Part shown: piece after piece, positions 25,184 to 33,690 of the stretch
Layout of the letters: each line of letters opens with the position of its first letter
How positions within the stretch are numbered: the stretch's first letter is position 1
From: Actinomycetota bacterium
Lineage (GTDB): Bacteria; Actinomycetota; Actinomycetes; S36-B12
Assembly: GCA_947449035.1 (NCBI GenBank)
Contig: CANFQC010000001.1
Location: 65,659-129,658 of the forward strand
DNA: 64,000 nt
Direction of reading: 5' to 3'
Translations under genes and position numbers: made by a program
Notes under the pieces: generated by a model
What the model saw: the letters and a program-made list of their open reading frames with translations, nothing else
What the model was told of the DNA's origin: nothing
Databases searched by the model: none

Positions 25184-28002
25184 GAGTTCTCCTGGGGCTG
25201 GGCGGATGAGGTAGAGAGCGGACGCATCATCGAGCGATATGTCTCGGCATCGAGATCGGCCCACTCGAAGCGATCACGAAGAGATGCCAAGTAGTCGACG
25301 TAGGTGTCGACTTGCACGTAGGTGGCATGTCGGTCGGAGTCGACATACGTCATGCCACCACTGAGGTCAGGGAAGTCAGACGACTTCAATGATCGGAACT
25401 CATCATGGAATTGGCCAGTCTCACGGGCACGAATGTCGATCACGATCATCTGAGCCATCTCATCGAAACGCGTGTACGCAGCACCGGCGAATTCCGTGAA
25501 ACCAACCACGTACAGGCTGTCGTAATCACGTGAAAAGAGATTGAGATACAGCTTCGGCCGACCTCGGTGCCAGGTAATGAGTTTCTCGTCAAGGAAAGGC
25601 AGCAGATACTGATACCCCGTGGCCAGCAGTACCAAGTCAATCTCTTCGGAGCTCCCGTCCGCGAAGACCACAGATTTACCCTCAAGCCTGGCTACGTCGG
25701 GCTTCGCAATGAGGTCACCATGCTGGAGGTAGTGAATAACCTGTGTGTTCATGATCGGGTGGCTTTCCAGCAGGGCGTGATCTGGCGCGGGGAGTCCAAG
25801 GCGAGTGACGTCACCGACGTAGGCATCAATCATCGAGGTGGCATCCCCCGACAACGAGACCCCCTTCGGCGGCGGAATGACTCCGTAGAGAACTGCATCA
25901 GTCGGCAGCCCGAAGATGTGCTTGGGAACGAAGCGATAGCCGCGTCGAACTGAGAGGTAGGCCTGCGATGCGGACCTAGCGGCATCACAGGCGATATCGA
26001 CTCCCGAATTTCCCGCGCCGACAATGAGTACTCGCCGGTCAGCGAGTTCGGCCGGCTCCCGGTAACTCACCGAATGACGAATCTCTCCAGCGAATGACTC
26101 CGCGCCCGGAAGTTCGGGAATGCTCGGATGCCAGGTAACGCCTGGGCAACCGATGATCCCGTCGTAGTCGCGCACTTCGCCAGTGGACAAGGTGACCGAC
26201 CAACGGTCCTCCGGCAGCGGCACTGCGGCCGCCACACCTACTCCGAGAGTCACATGTTCATACAGTCCGAAATCACGCGCGAAGGCCCGGATGTAGTCGC
26301 GGATTTGATCCCATGACGGATAGTCCGGGTAGTGCGAGGGCATGGGGTAGCCGACAAAGCCGGAGGTGTACTTGGAGCTGATGAAGTGCGCACTTGTGTA
26401 CATCGGGGAGTCTGGATTGTCCATGTTCCAGATGCCACCCACGTCGTCCTGCTTCTCGAACCAATCGAAGGGGACGCCTTCAGCTATGAGCGCACGCGCC
26501 ATGATGAGGCCGGCAGGGCCAGCACCAACAAGGCAGTAGCGACGCGAGTACGCGACTGCGATGGCGTCGGAACGGCGTCGACGACTTCGTACCTGCGCTC
26601 GGGCGATCGCGGCGTATGTCGTGGGCTTTCGGCGACGAATCACTAAAGCCACCACCACACCCGCAATCGCAGCGACGAAAAGCGCCAAGGGGACCGAGTT
26701 CACCATCGCGCTCGAGGAACCAGTAAGGGTCGGGTAATTGATGAAGGCCAGAACGAAGGCTGCCGTGAGACCGATGAATCCGATCGCTGGCGCCACGGTC
26801 TCACGCCACCAATGACGGGATCGACGACCCGCGAAGAATGCAACGACGGAAAGCGAGGCACCGGCCTGAAGCGCGATGATTCCGAGGGTGCCGACTCCGA
26901 GGAGCGCAGGAACAAGGGTCGTGAACGGATCAGCTCCGATGAGCCCGAAGATGCTGATGACCACCAACGCCAGCACCGAAACAAGCACGCTTGCCACGTG
27001 CGGACTGAAGTGCTGGGGGTGATAGTGCCCAAGGCGCTCAGGCAGGACACGCTCGCGACCCAGAGCAAAGAGGTACCGACTGGTTGCGTTGTGAATCGCC
27101 AGGTAACCCGCAAGCACGCTGGTGCACAGCAGCACTGCTGAGATGTCGTACAAGACTTCTCCGCCGTACTGCTTGATGAGATCGAAGACGAATTCACCCT
27201 GAGCCTCGGTGGCCTGCGGAGCAATCGATGCGACTCCTGCGGCCCCGACGATGATCCAACTGGTCAGGATGTAGAAACCACCGATCGAGGCTACGGCGAT
27301 GTAGGTGGCTCGTGGGATCGAGCGCTCCGGATCCTTCGTCTCCTCCCCGTAAAGTGCTGCGGACTCGAAGCCGATGAAGCTAGACATCGCGAACATCAAG
27401 GCGATTCCCAGCGAGCCGCTGAAGGCGTAGGTGGGCGTGAAGGAATCGAGTGGGAAAGCTTCTGCACCCTTGTCGCCGACGATGATGACATCGAAAACGA
27501 TGAGCACGACGAATTCGAGCACCATGAGTGTGCCGAGAACTTTCGCGGATAGGTCAACCGATCGGTAGCCAAGAACCGCAACGATTCCGATAGCTACAAG
27601 CGCCGGGATCCACCAGGCAATAGTGATTCCGAGTCCGTCGAGTACAAGTGCCGTGTAGTAGCCAAAGGCGCCTGCAAGCCCGAATGAGAGACCTCCGTAG
27701 GCGAGTACCGCGACGTATGCCGCTGCCACTCCTGTTGGCTTCCCGAGAGCGCGAGCGATATACGTATAGAAGGCGCCGGTGTTGACGACTCGACGACTCA
27801 TCGCGGCATAGCCCACCGAGAAGCACAGCAGAATCAGAGTTGCGGCCACGAAGGCGAATGGAATTCCCGCCCCATTTCCGAAGATGACCGCAAGCGGGAC
27901 GTTTCCGACCATCGCAGCCATCGGAGCTGCAGCCGCAATGACGAGGAAGACCACCCGACGGGTGCTCAGGGCGGTGCGCGTTCCACCGGTTTCCTGTGCC
28001 AT
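25180..28002 (-). CDS. fusion protein: N-terminal APC-family amino-acid/amine permease (aa 1-457) plus C-terminal class-B flavin-containing monooxygenase (aa 489-940)
   Basis: One uninterrupted 941-codon frame from ATG 28002 (GGAG 6 nt upstream). APC motifs NTGAFYTYIARALG, FIGFESAA. Arg-rich linker. FMO part has CLVGAGPAGL (FAD), FAGEIRHSVSY (FMO motif), VLIVGAGNSGVD (NADPH), LATGY. Confidence 0.85.
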   Translation of the reverse strand: MAQETGGTRTALSTRRVVFLVIAAAAPMAAMVGNVPLAVIFGNGAGIPFAFVAATLILLCFSVGYAAMSRRVVNTGAFYTYIARALGKPTGVAAAYVAVLAYGGLSFGLAGAFGYYTALVLDGLGITIAWWIPALVAIGIVAVLGYRSVDLSAKVLGTLMVLEFVVLIVFDVIIVGDKGAEAFPLDSFTPTYAFSGSLGIALMFAMSSFIGFESAALYGEETKDPERSIPRATYIAVASIGGFYILTSWIIVGAAGVASIAPQATEAQGEFVFDLIKQYGGEVLYDISAVLLCTSVLAGYLAIHNATSRYLFALGRERVLPERLGHYHPQHFSPHVASVLVSVLALVVISIFGLIGADPFTTLVPALLGVGTLGIIALQAGASLSVVAFFAGRRSRHWWRETVAPAIGFIGLTAAFVLAFINYPTLTGSSSAMVNSVPLALFVAAIAGVVVALVIRRRKPTTYAAIARAQVRSRRRRSDAIAVAYSRRYCLVGAGPAGLIMARALIAEGVPFDWFEKQDDVGGIWNMDNPDSPMYTSAHFISSKYTSGFVGYPMPSHYPDYPSWDQIRDYIRAFARDFGLYEHVTLGVGVAAAVPLPEDRWSVTLSTGEVRDYDGIIGCPGVTWHPSIPELPGAESFAGEIRHSVSYREPAELADRRVLIVGAGNSGVDIACDAARSASQAYLSVRRGYRFVPKHIFGLPTDAVLYGVIPPPKGVSLSGDATSMIDAYVGDVTRLGLPAPDHALLESHPIMNTQVIHYLQHGDLIAKPDVARLEGKSVVFADGSSEEIDLVLLATGYQYLLPFLDEKLITWHRGRPKLYLNLFSRDYDSLYVVGFTEFAGAAYTRFDEMAQMIVIDIRARETGQFHDEFRSLKSSDFPDLSGGMTYVDSDRHATYVQVDTYVDYLASLRDRFEWADLDAETYRSMMRPLSTSSAQPQENS

Positions 28003-28066
28003 GAATTCTCCTGCTCTCACTATGGGAGACGCCATGCGGCGTGACCCGTGCCTTGGATCCTGCTGC

Positions 28067-28114
28067 ACGCTGGGGATCTGGTCCAGCGTCATGGGAAAAA
28101 GGTTGCAATTTCCC
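28067..28114. repeat. two adjacent inverted repeats in the divergent promoter region of the permease-FMO / SRPBCC operons
   Basis: ACGCTGG-N9-CCAGCGT (28067-28089) and GGGAAA-N10-TTTCCC (28093-28114), read directly. Confidence 0.3.
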
Positions 28115-28143
28115 TCTGTCCTCATTCGGGTTACCGTGGGCGC

Positions 28144-28632
28144 ATGCCCGCAGAGAAGCCTCGCGCTGAAATCGTCCCCACGAACCACGAGTGGCGGCGA
28201 GCCGGGCGCATCGTGATCAATGCGCCCATCGCCGTGATCTTCGATCTGCTTGCCGATCCCCGCCGACACGCGGATTTTGACGGCTCAGGAACTGTCCAGC
28301 GGCAGATCAAGGGGCCGCTGCGCCTGTCGAAGGGCGCCACGTTTGGCATGGCAATGCGGGTCAAGCTTCCGTACACGATCACGAACACGGTCGAGGAGTT
28401 CGAGGAGCCCTCACGTATCGCCTGGCGACACCTGGGTCGTCATCGCTGGCGTTACGAGCTCGAGGCCGTCGACACAGCCACGACTGTCGTGACCGAGACC
28501 TTTGATGGAAGCACGGCTCTCTTCCCCCCAGCCCTGAAACTCATCAACGCGTATGACAACAACCAGAAGGCCATCCTGAAGTCACTCGTGCAGCTCAAGA
28601 TCATCGCCGAGGAGCTGGCGGCATCCATCTGA
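28144..28632 (+). CDS. SRPBCC-family (polyketide cyclase/START-like) ligand-binding protein
   Basis: IVINAPIAVIFDLLADPRRHADFDGSG..ITNTVEEFEEPSRIAWRH is typical of SRPBCC proteins. ATG at 28144. Confidence 0.65.
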   Translation: MPAEKPRAEIVPTNHEWRRAGRIVINAPIAVIFDLLADPRRHADFDGSGTVQRQIKGPLRLSKGATFGMAMRVKLPYTITNTVEEFEEPSRIAWRHLGRHRWRYELEAVDTATTVVTETFDGSTALFPPALKLINAYDNNQKAILKSLVQLKIIAEELAASI

Positions 28633-28779
28633 TTCGGTCCATCACAGTTCATCTTGAATTGGCCCGACTGTCATGCGCGCATCAGTCATTCGTCACATCG
28701 GCACCTCACCATTTTCTTACTTCCCCAGGAGTCCGTCGCCATTGACGTGACTGCCGACCGCAACGGATGGGGAGTAATC

Positions 28780-28923
28780 ATGATGTCCGAGGAACTTGTC
28801 TGCCCGGTGTGTCATACCGACGACTTCGAGGTAACCCGCAACGCCACTCATGGTTTCGTAGTGCTGTGCAATGAGTGCGGGTTCGCGCGCGGCGCGACTC
28901 TGCAGCACCTGCTCGCCGGCTGA
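28780..28923 (+). CDS. 47-aa zinc-ribbon protein
   Basis: ATG at 28780 with a GGAG SD. CPVC-X19-CNEC four-Cys knuckle pair. Confidence 0.5.
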   Translation: MMSEELVCPVCHTDDFEVTRNATHGFVVLCNECGFARGATLQHLLAG

Positions 28924-29002
28924 CGCTTCCCCTGTCAGCCTGACTGACGCCACGCCTGCAGCCCGGTCGAGCAATCGACCGGTCGCATGCGAGGCTTAAG
29001 CG

Positions 29003-30367
29003 GTGCATCGACGGCAGTTTCTCTCCCTTTCCGCGGCGGCGACCGCCTCGCTTGCTGTTGTCGGTACGTCCACCTCGCAGGCCAGGGCCATGTCGATCCC
29101 GCGCCCCACGGGTTTCATGGCGACCCGCTGGGGCTCAAACCCCTGGGCCCGTGGCTCGTATTCCGCTCTCAGTACTCGGTGCAATCCAAATGCTCGCGAG
29201 ACTCTGGGTGAGGCTCTCGTCGGCGGTCGCGTAGTGCTAGCCGGCGAATACACGAGCATCGACTTTCCTTCCACGACCACTGGCGCGTACCAGTCCGGAG
29301 TCCGTGCGGCACGGCAGTTGATCTCCGAAGTCGAGCCGAGTCGGGTCATCGTGATCGGCGCCGGCATTGCTGGCGCTGCGGCAGCCAAGACTTTGGCGAA
29401 CACCGGCATCGCAGTTCAGGTGCTCGAAGCCAGCGATCGCATCGGCGGTCGCATCAGGTCGTCCACCGAATGGGGTGCTCCCGTTGAGCTCGGGGCGGCG
29501 TGGGTGCACTCCACCAAGGGCAACCCCGTCACCGGCCTGGCAGCCTCCGCCGGGCTCACACTCGTGCCCACCGACTACGGGGACGAAGTCATTCGCGACA
29601 CGGTCACCGGGCGAGAGAGCAGTCAGGCTGAATCCGTTGATGGACGACTCTCGGATCTCACCGATGAACTTGCCGACGACGAAAACTCGCCGACTCTCTC
29701 CGTATCCTCGTGGCTCGCCCGACATGGGTGGAGCCCCAATCGATTCGGACGCTGGGCTCAGGCAGTCGACATCACTCAGGAATATGGGCTGGACCCCTCC
29801 ACGCTGAGTGTCGCTGCACTGCAGGAGGGCGGGGAAGGCGCCGGCGGCGATGCATTCGTCAAGGGTGGTTACGCCGCAATTCCCCGCTACCTCCTCGACG
29901 GTCTTGACGTTCGACTCAATGAACCGGTGTCACGCGTAGAGCCCAACACCTCATCGGTACGAGTACGAACATCACGCGAGTCGCTGACCGCAGATGCAGT
30001 CGTGATCGCCGTTCCACTCCCCTTGCTGCAGGCCGGAATGCCGGGAGTCACGGGAATGACGAAGGGTGTTGCGCGCGCGGTGCGAGGCTTGACGACCGGC
30101 AACCTCGAGAAGGTGATCCTGAAATACGACGAGCAGTGGTGGGGCGATTCGCAGGTGCTCGGCATCGTGGGCGGCGGTGTGCCCGGTGCACCCGATGGCT
30201 CACCGGCCGCCCTGCGCTGGACAGAGTTCTATTCGCTTACGCCACTCGTCGGCTTCCCCGCACTCGTTGGATTCTCCGGCGGACTTGCTGCTCGCACTCG
30301 ACCCGCCACAGATGCAAGTTGCGCTTCGGAGGCGCAAGCCCGTCTCGCTGCTGCATTCCGGCGTTAG
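29003..30367 (+). CDS. Tat-exported flavin amine oxidase (polyamine/monoamine-oxidase family) with circularly permuted sequence order
   Basis: Twin-arginine signal MHRRQFLSLSAAA..SQARA. Aa 31-110 carry the normally C-terminal motif TRWGSNPWARGSYS..VVLAGEYTS..TGAYQSGVRAA. Aa 114 onward carry the normally N-terminal VIVIGAGIAGAAAAKTL..VLEASDRIGGR. Confidence 0.8.
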   Translation: MHRRQFLSLSAAATASLAVVGTSTSQARAMSIPRPTGFMATRWGSNPWARGSYSALSTRCNPNARETLGEALVGGRVVLAGEYTSIDFPSTTTGAYQSGVRAARQLISEVEPSRVIVIGAGIAGAAAAKTLANTGIAVQVLEASDRIGGRIRSSTEWGAPVELGAAWVHSTKGNPVTGLAASAGLTLVPTDYGDEVIRDTVTGRESSQAESVDGRLSDLTDELADDENSPTLSVSSWLARHGWSPNRFGRWAQAVDITQEYGLDPSTLSVAALQEGGEGAGGDAFVKGGYAAIPRYLLDGLDVRLNEPVSRVEPNTSSVRVRTSRESLTADAVVIAVPLPLLQAGMPGVTGMTKGVARAVRGLTTGNLEKVILKYDEQWWGDSQVLGIVGGGVPGAPDGSPAALRWTEFYSLTPLVGFPALVGFSGGLAARTRPATDASCASEAQARLAAAFRR

Positions 30368-30379
30368 GCGTTCCACGAC

Positions 30380-31303
30380 ATGCCACGTCCACTCAGCGCG
30401 ATCCTTGGCCTCATCCTTGTGAGCACAGGACTTCTAGGCATCGCGAACCACGCCGCTGCGGCTTCGGCACTCGATTTGTCAGCTGTTGAACTCAACGTGC
30501 AGCGGGTAAATGCAGCAGGAACGACAATCGCCTGGGCCGAACTCGGCACGGGCTCACCGCTCCTATTGCTCAATGGCACCGCGTCCCCGATGAGCGAATG
30601 GGATCCCGCATTCCTCGCCGGCCTCGCAAATGCGAATCGGGTGATCGTGTTCGACTATCCCGGTCTCGGTGACTCGGGGGCCGCTCCCGGCTCATGGACT
30701 TTCGAACACGCAGCCGACTGGATAGCTGACTTCGCGGCGCGAGTCACCCCAGGCGAGCGTGTCAATGTGCTCGGTTGGTCAATGGGTGGGTTCATCGCAC
30801 AACAACTGGCTATTCGCCACCCTGCACTCATTCGCAATCTGGTGCTCGCGGCGACGAACCCCGGCGGTACCAAGACTGCACTCGGTCCTGCTTGGGTTCA
30901 GGAGATCGACAGCTCGTCATCTTCGGACGCCGACTACTTGCGCACGAATTACCCGCCGTCCGGACGAGCTGCAGGAAAGAGATTCCTGGACCGCCTTTCT
31001 GATGCCTATGACAGCGGCGCTTATCCAGTGACTGAGACCCCCGACCGAACCCTGAAGGCGATGGTTGCGGCAGAGGATCCTTGGCTGAGAAGTAATGACA
31101 ATCTTCGCCAGCTCGGAGGCATCGGCGCACCGACTCTTGTCCTTGATGGCGCGAACGACCTGATCACTCCGAAATCCAACAGCGCGGTGATCGCATCGCG
31201 GATACCAAAAGCGAGACTGCAAATCTTCCCCGGAAGCGGACATTCGTTCCTCTTTCAGAGACCTGAGATCGTGACGGGTGTCGTGAACCGTTTTCTCCGT
31301 TGA
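30380..31303 (+). CDS. secreted alpha/beta-hydrolase
   Basis: Signal peptide, nucleophile elbow GWSMGG, C-terminal GSGHSF. Confidence 0.75.
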   Translation: MPRPLSAILGLILVSTGLLGIANHAAAASALDLSAVELNVQRVNAAGTTIAWAELGTGSPLLLLNGTASPMSEWDPAFLAGLANANRVIVFDYPGLGDSGAAPGSWTFEHAADWIADFAARVTPGERVNVLGWSMGGFIAQQLAIRHPALIRNLVLAATNPGGTKTALGPAWVQEIDSSSSSDADYLRTNYPPSGRAAGKRFLDRLSDAYDSGAYPVTETPDRTLKAMVAAEDPWLRSNDNLRQLGGIGAPTLVLDGANDLITPKSNSAVIASRIPKARLQIFPGSGHSFLFQRPEIVTGVVNRFLR

Positions 31304-31376
31304 GGATCCCGGCACCGACTCGTGAAAACCTGCCCGCCAGCCACAGTTCTGCACCAGTGCCTAGTTAGATAGGCAT

Positions 31377-31946
31377 GTGGAACTGACGCGTATTGGCACC
31401 GAAGGTGCACCTGGAAGGGTGCTCAGAAGCGCCTGGTGGGCCTGGTGGGCATGCGCGATCTCCTGGTTGATCGCCTGCCTGCGGCTTGGCGCCTGGTTCT
31501 TCTCGAATCTGAAGTCGGGCGACGGCAATGACGATCCGATCGGGGCTTTCGGCACCGTGTACGACGCCGGCTACCTGGCCGTCTCCGCCTCCACCTTCGT
31601 AGCACTGGCCTTCGTCGTGCTACTGGCATTTCAGACGAGACGCGGCGGCAAGTTAGCCGTCGCGGTGATCTTGCTCATCATCGGCGGAGTGCTGTTCGCC
31701 TACTTCCGCGAATTCGCTGCATGGATGGTCGCCGCTAAGGGCCTCTTCGCCTTCACCCCGCGCATGGTGAAAATGGACGCCGTCTACACGGTCCTGACAA
31801 TTCTCACGCTGTTCTTCGCCACCCCGAGCTATTTCGGTCAGGCGCTAGTTGCCACCGCACTTGTGCTGACTGCGGTCTTCCTCGTCGTTGCGGCGCGAAG
31901 GTGGCGCGGAGTCACTCGGCTCGTTGAGGCTGACAGACTGCTCTGA
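31377..31946 (+). CDS. hypothetical membrane protein (5 TM)
   Basis: Hydrophobic ORF with no recognisable family; start uncertain. Confidence 0.4.
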   Translation: MELTRIGTEGAPGRVLRSAWWAWWACAISWLIACLRLGAWFFSNLKSGDGNDDPIGAFGTVYDAGYLAVSASTFVALAFVVLLAFQTRRGGKLAVAVILLIIGGVLFAYFREFAAWMVAAKGLFAFTPRMVKMDAVYTVLTILTLFFATPSYFGQALVATALVLTAVFLVVAARRWRGVTRLVEADRLL

Positions 31947-31977
31947 CCCCCATGCAAGGCGCTCAGAACTTCCCGAC

Positions 31978-33099
31978 TTATGCGGTCGTCACCTTGTCGC
32001 CCCAGCGCGGAATCAGTCTCGCAACAATCGCACCGACGAGCGCTGCGGGAACCAGAGTCCAGGTGCCAAAGAGCAAACCAAGCACCACGCCAAGGACGAT
32101 GACGATCCACCACTTCATCGGAGCGGTGGCAATCAGTGAGGCGATCACGCCGACAACGATTGCGGCCGGCACAGACGGACCTGAGTCGCCCATGACGAGT
32201 GAGATGAGGAGTCCGACCGCTGCCCCGACAAACATCGCCGGGAAGAACGGGCCGCCTCGAAAGCCGGATCCCAATGACACCGCGTAGGCAATTGCCTTGA
32301 AGATGATGATGGCGAGAACCGTTGAGACAGTCGTGAGTGCGGGCAGCTTGGTAATGAACTCCTCACCCGACGTCACGATGAAGAGAATCCCTTCACCCGT
32401 GCGACTTTGGACGATCAAGGCGCTAATACCGACGATGAGGGAAGCGGCGATGAGGATCGGCAAGTGGGGGCCGCTACCGGTCGCGCGAGCCAGAAGGGCT
32501 GCGACCGTGCGAGCGAGCGTGACTACGACGGCCACGATGAGCGCAACAACAATGGCCCAACCCAGTTGATCGACCTCGATCGACTCCGGAGCACCGCCGA
32601 GCTCGAGGCTTCCGGAGAGGATTGGCCCTACGAACAGCGCGAGGATCGCACCTAGCGCACCGAAGCCCACGATCTTCTTCTGGTCGGTGGCATCAGTGAA
32701 GTGCATGCGCTTCGCGACAAGTCCGCCGACCATCGAGCCAGTCGTGACGAGCGCAACCTCCGGGCCGAGCACGACGCCACCCCACAGCGAGGCAAAGATC
32801 GCCAGGATCACCCCGACGTACTCCTTGGGCGTGATGCTGCTGACCTTGATACCGCCGATCGGTGAGTGGCCTGCATCGCCGACGTATTTCCGGATCACGA
32901 AGACCAACACTGCTGCGATCACCAGGAGTCCGAGCACATACCAGGCAGGCGTTGACGCCCAGTTCTCGGGAATGGTCTCCCAGATCGCGATGATGCCCGC
33001 GTTGACGATCTCCAGTACGACGTATCCGAGGACCAGCCCGATGATCGCTGCAACCAACATTGCCGGAAGGGGTCGACGGGTCGTGGTTGCTGTAGTCAT
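31978..33099 (-). CDS. short ClC-like (voltage-gated chloride channel family) membrane protein
   Basis: 373 aa, hydrophobic. Segments align with ClC selectivity motifs: GHSPIGG (GSGIP-like), GPEVALV (GREGP-like), GFRGGPFFPAMFVG (GxFxP). Confidence 0.55.
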   Translation of the reverse strand: MTTATTTRRPLPAMLVAAIIGLVLGYVVLEIVNAGIIAIWETIPENWASTPAWYVLGLLVIAAVLVFVIRKYVGDAGHSPIGGIKVSSITPKEYVGVILAIFASLWGGVVLGPEVALVTTGSMVGGLVAKRMHFTDATDQKKIVGFGALGAILALFVGPILSGSLELGGAPESIEVDQLGWAIVVALIVAVVVTLARTVAALLARATGSGPHLPILIAASLIVGISALIVQSRTGEGILFIVTSGEEFITKLPALTTVSTVLAIIIFKAIAYAVSLGSGFRGGPFFPAMFVGAAVGLLISLVMGDSGPSVPAAIVVGVIASLIATAPMKWWIVIVLGVVLGLLFGTWTLVPAALVGAIVARLIPRWGDKVTTA

Positions 33100-33181
33100 G
33101 GCCGTATCCCACCACGAAGCAGGCGGCAGCCGTGCTCGGGTGGCCGTCGCGGCGCGAGAAAATCCTGGCTACTCTGCATTC

Positions 33182-33682
33182 ATGAAGTCCATGCGCACCC
33201 TGTCTGCCCTATTCATCAGCCTTGTGGCCCTCGTCGGCATCGCCGCACCTGCTCAGGCAGTCTCGAATTCCGGAATCACTACGGTCACCGTGTATCACCA
33301 GCCTGTAGTGCCGACGGCAGTGACGGGCACTGGCATTGGCACCGTGCGCTACTTCACGTTGCCCACTGCGGTGAACGGAGTTGCCGCTGACGGCCAGTAC
33401 CTGACAGGCACCCTCACCACCCTCGACACCGGCGTGGCTGGCGGCCAAGAGATCCGTGCCTCGAACCTGATCTTCGTCTTCGGAAGCAGTGAGAATCAGC
33501 TCGTCGTGGGTGGCATCGCGATCTACCCGGCGGCCGGAGCAACACTGGCTGAAGGCGCTCGCGTCGTACGACCTGTCGTCGGCGGTTCCGGCAAGTACGC
33601 AGGCGCAGTCGGACAAGTGACCTCCACCAACCTTGGGGCCAAGGGCTGGACTCACGTCTTCAAGATCCGCATTCCCTCCTAA
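33182..33682 (+). CDS. small secreted beta-rich protein, unknown function
   Basis: ATG at 33182, signal peptide ALVGIAAPAQA. C-terminal VVGGSGKYAGAVG resembles the GGTG motif of dirigent/AOC-like barrels (weak). The 5' part of the track ORF (32687-33181) is a shadow of the ClC gene. Confidence 0.5.
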   Translation: MKSMRTLSALFISLVALVGIAAPAQAVSNSGITTVTVYHQPVVPTAVTGTGIGTVRYFTLPTAVNGVAADGQYLTGTLTTLDTGVAGGQEIRASNLIFVFGSSENQLVVGGIAIYPAAGATLAEGARVVRPVVGGSGKYAGAVGQVTSTNLGAKGWTHVFKIRIPS

Positions 33683-33690
33683 GGAAAAAC

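Noticed and set aside
32687-33181. The 5' two-thirds of the 331-aa plus-strand ORF overlapping the ClC-like gene.
   Set aside because: It has a shadow-frame composition (Thr/Pro/Ser/Ala). A signal-peptide-bearing start at 33182, just outside the ClC gene, explains the real product.
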